This document shows positions 1-9,900 of a DNA stretch of 37,575 bases, in pieces. A program made the position numbers and the translations under genes. Source of the DNA: a virus. Its lineage: Duplodnaviria; Caudoviricetes. The notes under the pieces are model-generated. The model worked only from the letters and a program-made list of their open reading frames with translations. It was not told the origin of the DNA and made no database searches. Position 1 is the stretch's first letter, and every line of letters begins with the position of its first letter. The stretch covers positions 1-37,575 of IMG/VR virus record IMGVR_UViG_3300029317_000052, one strand, 5' to 3'.

Positions 1-321
1 CTATTCGTTGTTGTTAGCTTCAGGCTTAAAGCTAGGGTGATTGTCGTGTATCCATCTGCCTTGAGCCCGGCTTAGTACACCTAGCTTATGGTTGGGTGTA
101 GCTTCTGCTAGTTGAGTTATAATCGCGGTCAGTTGTTCAGTTGATTCGGGGTCATTGTCAGGATTAAATTCTAAAAGATCAACCCTATTAACGTCACCGT
201 CGAACTGTGCTATTTTCGCTTCAGTTATATCTCTGATTACAACCTTGCCGTCGAGATACTCGGCGCCCCCCCCTAAGAACTCAGCATTTTCTTTGTACAT
301 TACTGCGTATAAATAAGACAT
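1..321 (-). CDS. hypothetical phage protein
   Basis: 106-aa ORF coupled to the upstream gene by a TAATG overlap; no recognisable motif. Confidence 0.7.
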   Translation of the reverse strand: MSYLYAVMYKENAEFLGGGAEYLDGKVVIRDITEAKIAQFDGDVNRVDLLEFNPDNDPESTEQLTAIITQLAEATPNHKLGVLSRAQGRWIHDNHPSFKPEANNNE

Positions 322-1652
322 TAAGCCACCTGTATGAGTTGTTTGACAGATATATCTATAGTTGTGCCGACAGTAATGTCGGAACCTCCATATTGTAAAC
401 TGTTTACATAGTGTAAAGCTGTACGAATCTCTGTCGTAGTGCCGTTAGTCAAAGGTGAATTACCGTCTTGACCGAACGATCTGCCGATATTTGCACGTAT
501 ATCTCCGAAATCACGACCACTCACTATTGTTTCAATTTTGTAGTTTACCCCAATTTCTAGAGATTGACTCGCTGCTGGAAAGGAATAATTAGTCTGAACA
601 ACTTCAGTTTCCACAAATTGACCCGCATCCCACAATTCAATATCACACAACCAACCCTCATCTGTAAATGTAAATGGCTTGCGATTTGATTCGGGTATGT
701 AGATATATTCAACTGCGTTGTCTTGGATTTCCTTGATTGACATTGTTACGTTATCAGCTGTCGAACCGTCATCGCTCAACTCAATTACATTCATGCGCTC
801 TACGCCTATTGTTTCCGCAACGAATTCAAATGAACCAGTATTGTTTGTTACTGAGCCAGTGGAATAATTGTCATTGCCGACATTAAATTTAATAGCGCCA
901 GTTAGTTTTTCCCATGTACACATTACTTTGTATGAATTGCCGACAGTTAGTGGCGCGCCTGTCGACACACCATTTATTGGCGAGAATTTTGCAGCAGTTG
1001 CATCGGCAATAGTCGTTCCGTATACCCATAACTCATCACCAAACGTATTTTCTTGGCTATATTCAATATTACCTGTGGTGTTATCAAGATTAAACGTGGT
1101 GATAACTGGCCCTGCACCCGATAAATCGGTAAATTTTGGCGTTGATAGTATTCCGTTGAAAAAACTGCCCAAATTTGAGTTCGCGCCAATTTTAGCAACG
1201 ACAATATCGTGTGTTACATTTATCACGGTATGTAATATATTGTCATTAATTGAAATTCTACCAGTGTTTAGTGAATCTCTGGTAATCGCCATCGTCAAAT
1301 ACTTACCGCCCATTTCTTGCGTTATTGCACCCGAAGTGCCACTGAAAATACCGTTATGCACAAACTCAACTCTACCTGCGTGTAACGCATGTGTAGTGCC
1401 AAAAACTACAATTCTAAAATCGCTATCCTGTAGACCCCCTAAAATTATGTGTGCAGCAGAATCGGTAGGCATGACAAAATCTATAGATTGTTCAAATTCA
1501 CCCGTAAAAACAATTGGCTTAGCAAGCCTGTAATAGCTTTTTAGTACACTGTCTAACGATATTAAAGTTTTCGTGATTGCTGTTGATAATTTCGATGGCG
1601 AAAAGTGCCCTAAGGCGTTATGGCCAACATCACTCGCAAAATGGCCTATCAT
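321..1652 (-). CDS. putative virion carbohydrate-binding protein (LamG-like region plus two repeated beta-sandwich modules)
   Basis: Beta-rich and G/S/T/N-rich. Two similar C-terminal modules (ELW...L.vG..YK...G.I..N.G...S(I/V)K). Lies at the distal end of the late operon. Confidence 0.55.
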   Translation of the reverse strand: MIGHFASDVGHNALGHFSPSKLSTAITKTLISLDSVLKSYYRLAKPIVFTGEFEQSIDFVMPTDSAAHIILGGLQDSDFRIVVFGTTHALHAGRVEFVHNGIFSGTSGAITQEMGGKYLTMAITRDSLNTGRISINDNILHTVINVTHDIVVAKIGANSNLGSFFNGILSTPKFTDLSGAGPVITTFNLDNTTGNIEYSQENTFGDELWVYGTTIADATAAKFSPINGVSTGAPLTVGNSYKVMCTWEKLTGAIKFNVGNDNYSTGSVTNNTGSFEFVAETIGVERMNVIELSDDGSTADNVTMSIKEIQDNAVEYIYIPESNRKPFTFTDEGWLCDIELWDAGQFVETEVVQTNYSFPAASQSLEIGVNYKIETIVSGRDFGDIRANIGRSFGQDGNSPLTNGTTTEIRTALHYVNSLQYGGSDITVGTTIDISVKQLIQVA

Positions 1653-1924
1653 GACAAAAGCACTGTTGCATGGCCAACAAGCTTAGCTGACATTGCTTTA
1701 ATGTGAATTTTGCCTGTAAATCCAGAAAATGTTCGTTCTTGACCTGCAGGTATATAATAATCGTTGGTGTCACCTGCAATAACTCTGTCGCTTAGCTCTC
1801 TATCATCAACAACAACGCCAACCGCACTATCCGCTTGGTTTTGCACAGTAACAATTGAGTCTGTTGCGCTGTCAGCTATTTGCTGATATTCATCAGTTAA
1901 TATAATCTTTTTAGTTTGCGTCAT
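1649..1924 (-). CDS. small beta-rich hypothetical protein (possible spike-base/decoration protein)
   Basis: 91 aa with alternating hydrophobic strands; ATGA overlap with the next gene. Confidence 0.55.
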   Translation of the reverse strand: MTQTKKIILTDEYQQIADSATDSIVTVQNQADSAVGVVVDDRELSDRVIAGDTNDYYIPAGQERTFSGFTGKIHIKAMSAKLVGHATVLLS

Positions 1925-2202
1925 CAGTTTATAACCTCTATTTTCTCGTTGTTTTTGAATCGACTGTAATGCACTTTTTCAAAGCCAAGGCCATTGATAA
2001 ATGTTTTCAAGTCTTTAAAGTCAGCGCGATTAAAATTGTCATCATCTTTATTTGTTAACAGCTCAACGTGCGCGTGGCCGTCGGTAATAGTAATAACAGC
2101 ACTAGCAATATAAGGCTGGCCGTGCTCTGCGGTTTTTCTGCAGAATACTTGTTTTAGTTCGAACTGCCAGTTGCCTTGCTGCGCTGTTTTTTTCATCGTC
2201 AA
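1924..2202 (-). CDS. hypothetical phage protein
   Basis: 92-aa ORF tightly packed in the operon; start may be the ATG at 2196. Confidence 0.65.
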   Translation of the reverse strand: MTMKKTAQQGNWQFELKQVFCRKTAEHGQPYIASAVITITDGHAHVELLTNKDDDNFNRADFKDLKTFINGLGFEKVHYSRFKNNEKIEVIN

Positions 2203-2206
2203 ATCC

Positions 2207-2713
2207 CTATAAAGCTCCGTTGTACTTCTCTTTTTCTGTGCCGTCTTTCAGTAATTCAACAAGTCGTGCTTGCTCATCAATTACCGTTTTTACGAGTTCA
2301 TTTTGCACATCATCAATAGAAAGTAGATAGTTGAGCACGATACCCAAACCAGCGGCCATATCAGGGTCATCGAGATCAATATACAAGCGACCCGTTAAAT
2401 CTGCGTAGATGTCTTCTATATACATGTTCGTTGTATTACGTACTGCATGTCGTTCTGAAAAGAAAAGCCGACTTGTGAGTGATGCTACCGTTATATATCT
2501 AATGCCAGTTTTTACGGGCTGAGTAGCAAGCCATGATTCGTAACTGGTATAATTGTCAGCACCCGTTTCTAGGTCTAAATCACCGCTGTATTTACAAAGA
2601 AAATAATCCGATTCATTAAACCTGATTGCTGTCATTTCTGAAAAAAGCTTATAGTCATCGGGGTACGTAGATGTTCCTTTAATCTGAAAAAACGGAATTA
2701 ATATATTTTTCAT
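2207..2713 (-). CDS. putative tail-fibre-associated/assembly protein
   Basis: Follows the fibre gene. The IT...L.SR....ER...IDLDDP...GL...RL.ELL pattern resembles small post-fibre phage proteins. GGAG RBS upstream. Confidence 0.55.
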   Translation of the reverse strand: MKNILIPFFQIKGTSTYPDDYKLFSEMTAIRFNESDYFLCKYSGDLDLETGADNYTSYESWLATQPVKTGIRYITVASLTSRLFFSERHAVRNTTNMYIEDIYADLTGRLYIDLDDPDMAAGLGIVLNYLLSIDDVQNELVKTVIDEQARLVELLKDGTEKEKYNGAL

Positions 2714-2721
2714 GTTCGCTC

Positions 2722-4263
2722 CTATGGCGCGTCAGCAACAAGTTTAGTGTTAGAATGTAGTAATGCTGAAGGTACATATTTTCCGACGGTAAAAATAGTA
2801 CCAGTCCACGGATAATCGTTAGCAGCTATTCCAGACACCGCAAAACTTTGTTCATCTGCTGCCCATCCGACACTAAAGAAGCCTTGATTCGCATCGCGAC
2901 TTGGTTTTACTTTATCTAAGATACTAACCTGACCCGCTAAACTGATGTGTACTACATAATGAAAACCTACCCCATCTTTGATGGTTACTATGCCATTCCG
3001 GTATCTCGGTTTGAATAGCGTATTACTCCATTGAGACCAGCCACCATTATCAGAACCACTTACGGTGTAACCAGACACGTTTTCGGCGGGTGCAGGGATA
3101 GACTTCCAAGTAATGCCTTTGTCTTCCGAATGGAATACCCCTGCGTTATATGTGCCACCTAACAACGCTAGTAAGTTGGTAGGGTTGTTGGGGTCTAGTA
3201 CTACAATAACGTTAGACATAGTGCTGGTGGTAACTACTTGGTCAAAGGGATGCGCATTTATACGAGTAAAAGTGTCCCCTGCATCTTCTGAATATTCCAC
3301 GACTTTCTCGTCAGTACCATTTCCTGCATCATAGCTAACTACCATAGTCAAACCATCATCTGTAAAGCTAGCATACATGCTTAAGGTGGTGCTGGTGGCT
3401 ACCGACAGGTTTTCGTGTATCATTTTATTGACATCTACTGCTGAATTAGCCGCCGGGTTGTCAATTCTCAAATATCGGTAATTGGCAGAAGCATCAGACA
3501 TTAAACAAGTAATGGTACTGCCGTTAGGTGCTACGTGTAAGCTAATATCATCGGCAATAGCACAGCCACCAGAGCTGCTACCAGCATTGGTGAAAGTACT
3601 TCCACTATTCACAGACACCCAGAGCCTATTGTTACTATTACTACTGTCCCATTGAACAAACGCTACTATCACACCATCAGCACTACAGCGGACAGCGGTA
3701 ATATCGTCACTACTACCTCCTGAGAATTCAAGGGTCGCTGTGTCTGTAGCGCGATTATATGAGTATAAAAAATTATTTTTCCCGTAATAAAATTTACTAC
3801 CGTCTACGACTACTGCGAACTCTTGAGCCTCGGGGTTTGTTAGCGTTAGATATGGTATTCCTACTGTGCCTTGTTGCGTCATTGCAGGTAAATTAGGAAG
3901 TACTTGACTTAACTCAGGATACAGCTCTTCTTCATCAGCTGTTAATATTCGGCCTCGGGTATTCAAAGGTAGTAATACTCGCCCGTCAGGCAGTGAGTTG
4001 CGCTGAGTTGTTGTAATACTACCAATATTTAACTGGGAAGAATAATCAGCTAATGCTGCATTGGCTTTTGCTAATTGCAGTGATGTTGCATTAACACCTA
4101 AAGCATCGGCATAATTTTTTATTGCTAACTCAATAGCTGCGGTATCTTTCGTGTTTCCTTTTGCAGCAAGTTTTAGATACGTTAATTCATCTAGTGTTTC
4201 AGTGCCTGTTAGCGCTAGCACTTTAATATCAACTCTGGTTTTTAAATTTGCGTTAACTGTCAT
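2722..4263 (-). CDS. tail fibre/receptor-binding protein with BNR/Asp-box beta-propeller
   Basis: Asp-box-like motifs VSVNSGSTFT, YSEDAGDTFT and HSEDKGITWK; helical N-terminus. Start reassigned to ATG 4263, just after the upstream stop. Confidence 0.7.
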   Translation of the reverse strand: MTVNANLKTRVDIKVLALTGTETLDELTYLKLAAKGNTKDTAAIELAIKNYADALGVNATSLQLAKANAALADYSSQLNIGSITTTQRNSLPDGRVLLPLNTRGRILTADEEELYPELSQVLPNLPAMTQQGTVGIPYLTLTNPEAQEFAVVVDGSKFYYGKNNFLYSYNRATDTATLEFSGGSSDDITAVRCSADGVIVAFVQWDSSNSNNRLWVSVNSGSTFTNAGSSSGGCAIADDISLHVAPNGSTITCLMSDASANYRYLRIDNPAANSAVDVNKMIHENLSVATSTTLSMYASFTDDGLTMVVSYDAGNGTDEKVVEYSEDAGDTFTRINAHPFDQVVTTSTMSNVIVVLDPNNPTNLLALLGGTYNAGVFHSEDKGITWKSIPAPAENVSGYTVSGSDNGGWSQWSNTLFKPRYRNGIVTIKDGVGFHYVVHISLAGQVSILDKVKPSRDANQGFFSVGWAADEQSFAVSGIAANDYPWTGTIFTVGKYVPSALLHSNTKLVADAP

Positions 4264-4264
4264 T

Positions 4265-4723
4265 TTATAATCCGTTTGCGATTGAGAAAAATAAAGCATC
4301 GTCAGCAGTTTTTTGTGCTGCATTTAAATCAATTTGCGACGCAGCCCCAAGCGCTGCTGGGGTTGGTTTATTACCCGGATGATAAACCGCAACACCATTA
4401 ATTTTTACATTAATAAAATCAGGGCTTGTGCCATTAATGTCAGCTAAGGCTATCGCTTCAGCTGCGTCACGAAGTGCAAACGTTTCGTTTCGTAGATTAG
4501 TCATTTGACTAACTAAAGCAGCGATGTCGATATCACGAAGATTTATGATGTCCGATTTGATTGCTGCAGAGTCTTCAGCTGCTACTAGTTGCGCGTTAAC
4601 AGCAGTAAGAACACCGTTGTATTCAGTCACTAAATCTTTTAGTTTTTGTAGATAGTTACCGCTATGAGTGCCGTAATCTTCAGCACTAAATTGCCACTCA
4701 ATTAAGGGGAATTGTTCAGCCAT
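4265..4723 (-). CDS. tail fibre proximal/adaptor protein
   Basis: Coiled-coil N-half; VYHPGNKPTPAALGA motif typical of tail fibres. Confidence 0.65.
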   Translation of the reverse strand: MAEQFPLIEWQFSAEDYGTHSGNYLQKLKDLVTEYNGVLTAVNAQLVAAEDSAAIKSDIINLRDIDIAALVSQMTNLRNETFALRDAAEAIALADINGTSPDFINVKINGVAVYHPGNKPTPAALGAASQIDLNAAQKTADDALFFSIANGL

Positions 4724-5565
4724 TATGCCTCTCTTATTGTAAAGTCTGCTTTAAAATTATTATAAAATGCACCATCAATTTCAGGTAAGATTTCAAACAT
4801 GCACGACATGGCATATTGACGCTCTTTTTGACCGCCAACGCCAGGGAACATGGAAATGTACCAAGTGGTGTCATCACCTACACGTTGGATAGCGTTGTAA
4901 AAATGAGGTCTGTCCAATTCATCGAGGTATTTAAGCGAAAATGACAATTTGCGGGGTCTGGCTTTTTTCTTAGCGTGAACACTGCCGCCTGCTGTTCTTC
5001 TTTTTTCAGTTTGACTTATCCAGCCTGATTTATGGCCATAACTAAAATTGATTTTGGGCTGTAGTGCTCGGCCTGCGAAAATACGCCCAATATCAATAAA
5101 GCCATTGGCGTTGTTTACATCAATAATTGTGATACGAACGGCTTGTGCTATGCCACTCTCGAACCAATAATCACAGGCGGTAATCTTCATACTGACAACA
5201 GCAGAAACTAACGGATCAATGAGAAATTCTAATTCACCTAGGTTTTTTTGCTGAACAGCTTGCAGCACTAACGAGTCATGAATTAATGTTGTCATAGCAA
5301 CATCACTAAACACCTCAACGCGCCACGTGGCGCCGTCGCTGACATTGATGCGGTTAAGCGCAACGCCTGATAATAAAACGGGGTTTTGCCAGGTCATTAC
5401 TATTTGCACTTGCGCAATATCTAGCGAGCGAAACGTGCGTGAATTACTCGGTAATTGCACATTAGTTAACGGTAGCGTTGCCACTTCTGAGCCTGTTGCT
5501 AGACTTAGTGCTGCTGTGTCAGCATCATTCACCATCAGCATTCTCACATTTTTAGTTATAGCCAT
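4723..5565 (-). CDS. tail tip structural protein
   Basis: Second gene after the tape measure; GFIDIGRIFAG and RTAGGS motifs resemble siphovirus tail-tip proteins. Confidence 0.7.
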   Translation of the reverse strand: MAITKNVRMLMVNDADTAALSLATGSEVATLPLTNVQLPSNSRTFRSLDIAQVQIVMTWQNPVLLSGVALNRINVSDGATWRVEVFSDVAMTTLIHDSLVLQAVQQKNLGELEFLIDPLVSAVVSMKITACDYWFESGIAQAVRITIIDVNNANGFIDIGRIFAGRALQPKINFSYGHKSGWISQTEKRRTAGGSVHAKKKARPRKLSFSLKYLDELDRPHFYNAIQRVGDDTTWYISMFPGVGGQKERQYAMSCMFEILPEIDGAFYNNFKADFTIREA

Positions 5566-5568
5566 GCT

Positions 5569-6987
5569 TTAGCTCCAAAGCTCAACGGTTACTTCACCAT
5601 CAACGGGGTTGTCTTCTAAACCAATAATAATCGCATTACGGCCTGCGCTTAAGCTGAAATCCCAATAGTAAAATATAACTTCACCGCCTAAATCAAACAA
5701 AAAGGGCGCGGCTAGGCCGTGAACCTTATGAATAATGCGCTTGACGCTGTACATGCCTGCTAATTTAGCTGCAACCGCACCCGCATCAACTTCATCAACT
5801 AAACAAGTATTGCGCGTTATTGGCGAGGCATCGGGGTAGTCAACCAAGTTATTGACTACTGTTTTCGTTTGATATTGTTGGCTAAATAGCTCTCTATTTT
5901 CTGCACTTACGCCACCGGCTAAACCGTCATTTTGCGGAGTATGGTTTTGCTTGTAATTAATGGTTACTTGCGATGCAGGCTCAATGGTTTTTCTAACACT
6001 TACGCCATCTTCAACAATATCATCTAGCGTTAGTGCATGCGCAGGAATACCCGTGATTGCAGGCATGATCTTAGCGACAAACTGACCGTTACGCGCGTAC
6101 ATGTGATAACCGATAATTGACTTACAAATTGTGTCGATAACCGTGCGTACTGTGCGTGGCTCGCGCTGATAAATACCAACTTTGTAGAGTGGTAACGCTG
6201 AAAGGTCAGCAATATTGTCAACCGTTTCACCTACAAAGGTGGTTAATAGCCAGGTAATAACGTCACCCGGGTACTGTATATGTGTGGCTGGTTTTGCCCC
6301 TTTAACGTCGCACGTTATGCGACCAACAGGCGCTTGATTTAAAGTAAAGCTGCCGTCGGCATTGTTTTTGTTGATGCTAATCGCGAGGCCGTTATCGCGC
6401 ACCTCAACTACATCTTCAACACTAATGTAGTTAACACAATATTTATGCGTGGCTGCATCTTCAAGCATCGGTTCAATGTTAAACACTTCACCGATACAGA
6501 TAGGCTTTGATTTTCCTGCATTTACTCCCGTCGCAAATGTGCCTGTATCAATGACTTTATCTAACTTCAAAGACGGGTCGCGTAATTCAATACTATATTC
6601 ATCATTACGGGCGGTAACTCGTTCAGCGAGTTGCTTGGCTATCACCACAAAATCACTGAGTCGCCACTCTTCATCACCGAGTAAATAAGTTACTTGACGC
6701 TTGAACACATTACCCAAAAATAGTGGCGTTAAGCTTTCATCTGCAAATAACGTTAACGCACTTCGACTCGCGGTTGAACCATTCGAGAAAATGGCCATAC
6801 TTTTTGAAAAAGTTGGAGATTCTAAAATAAAATCATCAAAAGCAATGTTAGCCGGTAAATCGTCAGGCAAGCTGACAAAAGGCGCTGTTGATAAGTAAGC
6901 AGTTTGAGCGCCGTTATTTAAGTACTCAACTTTAGCGAGTAAGGTGCGTTGCTTTGATGGCGATTCTAGCCACTCTTGAATAGTCAT
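5569..6987 (-). CDS. tail tip/hub structural protein
   Basis: Directly after the tape measure; GKSKPICIGEVFNIEP motif resembles siphovirus tail-tip proteins. Confidence 0.75.
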   Translation of the reverse strand: MTIQEWLESPSKQRTLLAKVEYLNNGAQTAYLSTAPFVSLPDDLPANIAFDDFILESPTFSKSMAIFSNGSTASRSALTLFADESLTPLFLGNVFKRQVTYLLGDEEWRLSDFVVIAKQLAERVTARNDEYSIELRDPSLKLDKVIDTGTFATGVNAGKSKPICIGEVFNIEPMLEDAATHKYCVNYISVEDVVEVRDNGLAISINKNNADGSFTLNQAPVGRITCDVKGAKPATHIQYPGDVITWLLTTFVGETVDNIADLSALPLYKVGIYQREPRTVRTVIDTICKSIIGYHMYARNGQFVAKIMPAITGIPAHALTLDDIVEDGVSVRKTIEPASQVTINYKQNHTPQNDGLAGGVSAENRELFSQQYQTKTVVNNLVDYPDASPITRNTCLVDEVDAGAVAAKLAGMYSVKRIIHKVHGLAAPFLFDLGGEVIFYYWDFSLSAGRNAIIIGLEDNPVDGEVTVELWS

Positions 6988-9900
6988 TATGGTAGTGCTC
7001 GCATAAATGCATCGCTTTGGTTCTCAATAATTGTGGCTTGTTCTTTCAATTGACGTGCTAACTTTTCTGCTCTTTTTTGAGCATCAGCTGCTTGTTGCTG
7101 CGCTTGTAAAATTTGTTGATTCTGCTTTTTAGTTTGCGCGTTAAGCTCAGCTTTAACCGAACGTAACTCTGCGACTACTTGCTCTCTCATTTTATTGGTG
7201 GCATCGGTTTGTTTTTCGTTGTTTTGCTGTACTGCAGCGTTTTGTTGGGCCCTAGCTTCTAATTGTCTTTGCATGGCTTCATTTAGAGTTTGTGCGTCAG
7301 CGGCAGCTTGGGTATTAATTTCAAGGGTATTGGCACTTAGTTCTGCTATTAACAGTGTTTTGTTAGTGTCAAGCTGAAGCGTTAAATCACTCATGGCAAT
7401 ATCAAACGCGGTTTGGTTCTCAGCTTCTAGCGCTTTACTTAATTCGTGTAGTTCTTGGAGGCTTTCAACGGTGGAGGTTTGCAACTCTTGCACTTTAACG
7501 TTGTGGCGAGTAATAGCCGCAGGTACTGAAGGTGCGCGTTGCTTACTTGGTGAATGAATGTTTTTAGCTGAAATGGCAGAAACTTCAGCAAATGATTTAT
7601 CAAAAATATTTTGAAAGGCATCACTGCTGGAATACATGTTTTGAGCTTCAGACAAGTAGTTTCTATGAACATTACCGAGACTAGAAATAGCATCAACATC
7701 GCCCGTTTTAGCTCTGGCTAAAGTGGTTTGATATTGCGATTTAGACTCTGCTAATTTTTGCTCATTAGTCAGCGTTGATAAATCACTGAGTAATAAGTTA
7801 TCTACCGCATCTTTTAGCGAATCAAGTGCAGAGCGCATGCCGTTGTATACTTCTAGCTCGGCTTGGTATCTGTTTTCAATTTGATTTAGCTGATTATCAT
7901 AAGCGCTTTGTGCTGCATCACGGCTGGCATTAAGCCCTTGAAGCTCTGCGTTATACTTATTAACATAAGCTTGCTGTAAGCTGTCAATGTTACTAATTTG
8001 CTCTTCAACTGAGCCTTCGCCAAGTAACGATGACAAGTCACTGATTTGAGTTGTTTGATAGTTACTTTCAGACCAGTTACTGCCTTGGCGTCTAATAGAT
8101 AAAATACTATTGGCAATACTGGCATTCAATGCGCTAAACGCTGACACTAAACGAGTGTTATTGTTTACTAAATCATTGACTACTTCTTCATGGTCACGGG
8201 TTAATGTGTCCATTGAACGTTGATGTACGGCATTCACATTTTCTAATGCATCTTCAACAATGGTTTGACGACGGTTAGCATACAGTTGCTCTAATAATGC
8301 GGTTTCTGCACCCAACTGCTGGGCGTCTTCAAACGAGTCTAAAAATGTTTTTTGTAAATCATCCAGTTTAATTTGCAAGGGCGACATATCAAGTCGCTCA
8401 AGCTGACCTTGAATGTCTTCAACAAAGGCTTGTCTTGCTGCCGCTAGTTCATTTTCTTTTTCAAGCGTGTCGTCAATAGCCGTGCCTTGGTTTTCAAGGG
8501 CATCGTAATATTCAGCAGATTGTCCTGATAATAATAATAATTGAGCATATAAACGTTGGTCAGCTTCGTTTAGCGGGTCTAATACACTAATCAGTGTTTT
8601 GAAGCCATCGCGTGTTGCTGGCACGCTAAGACCTAATGCTGCAAACTGTTCATTAAGCTGTTTTTGTAAATAATCAAACTGCTCAGCTTCGCTATAAAAT
8701 TCATTGAAATACGTGCTTGCTGCGCTTTGCAACGCTTCAATTGAGCCAGCAAAGCCAATAATGGCCTGAGTAGCCTCAATTGTTTGGTTAGCGTCAACAT
8801 CGGCCAAGGTGTTGCCGGTGATTTCAAGCACTGAGTTGAAAACAGCTTGCTCTTGCGCAAGGCGAATAAGTGTTTCGTATAAACCCTCTCCGACTTGTTG
8901 AAAGTCTTGTAGTCCTGGTACTAAGTAAGTGGCCATTAAGTCAGACTGACTAGAGAACATGGCTTCAAGTTCCGCTTGAATCTCATCACCGCTTAAATCT
9001 TTAAAACTTATTTTAGGCAAATCAATAACAAAATCATCTAGGCTTTTAGAAACATCTAAGTCAAGCACGTCAACCGCTTGATTAATTGAGTTACCAATGT
9101 CGCCAAAAATCAGCGCCATTTCATGCTCAAGTTGTGAGCCGATACTTTGGTATTCGGTGTTATAACTGGTTGATGATGATATGCCCCAAAATTTCTTTTT
9201 CTTAGTTTTTATATCAAAATAAGCTTGGGCTTGTAAAAGCCCGGTATCGATAACATCGCCGAAAGTTTGCGCGACAATACTGATGCCCGAGTCAACCAGT
9301 GATTTCTTTTTACTAGAAAAACTGCTAAAAATTTTGCCTACTATGCCCGTTGGATCTAATGATTTTAAAACTTGCCCAATACCGCCACCAATCAACAACT
9401 CTTCAAACTTAGAAGTTGTGCTTTGGTTGCCTAATTGGCCGCCGTAACTGGCTTCATCAAAGCGGCCAAAATTACTGACTAAATTAGCAACCAAATTCGT
9501 AATGTTGTTATTCAAATCATTCAAGCTAGCATTCATTTCACGCAGCTCTGCGTATTGATCGAGTTCTAACTCTTCAATGCGTTCGTAGCTGTTTAAAATA
9601 GAGGCTGATTTATCATCACTGCCAAGTACTGTGCCGGTGCCTTGGGTTTGTTGACGTTGCTCTGCACTTTCTGGCGCAGAGCCTGAGCCACCAGAAACAG
9701 CAACACCTAAGCCTGCCATAATGGCTATCATGGCAGCACCACTGGCGAAGCCGATAGGCCATGGTGCTGCGAATGCGGCGGTAACCGCCTCGATAGCATA
9801 ACTACCAACTCGTAATGCTGAATTTGCTAATTCTATTGCAGTAAAAACATCACTAGCGGCTTGCATGGCTTTGCGGCCTTTAGAGTTTTCACTAAACATA

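Noticed and set aside
868-1533. 221-aa plus-strand ORF
   Set aside because: Entirely antisense to the 443-aa late gene, with no motif; shadow ORF.
4264-4323. Overlap of ORFs 4265..4723 and 2722..4323 suggesting a frameshift or pseudogene
   Set aside because: An ATG at 4263 directly after the upstream stop explains it as two normal adjacent genes.
1-4723. Diversity-generating retroelement or invertible fibre cassette
   Set aside because: No reverse transcriptase or invertase in the window, and no template/variable repeat pair seen by eye.
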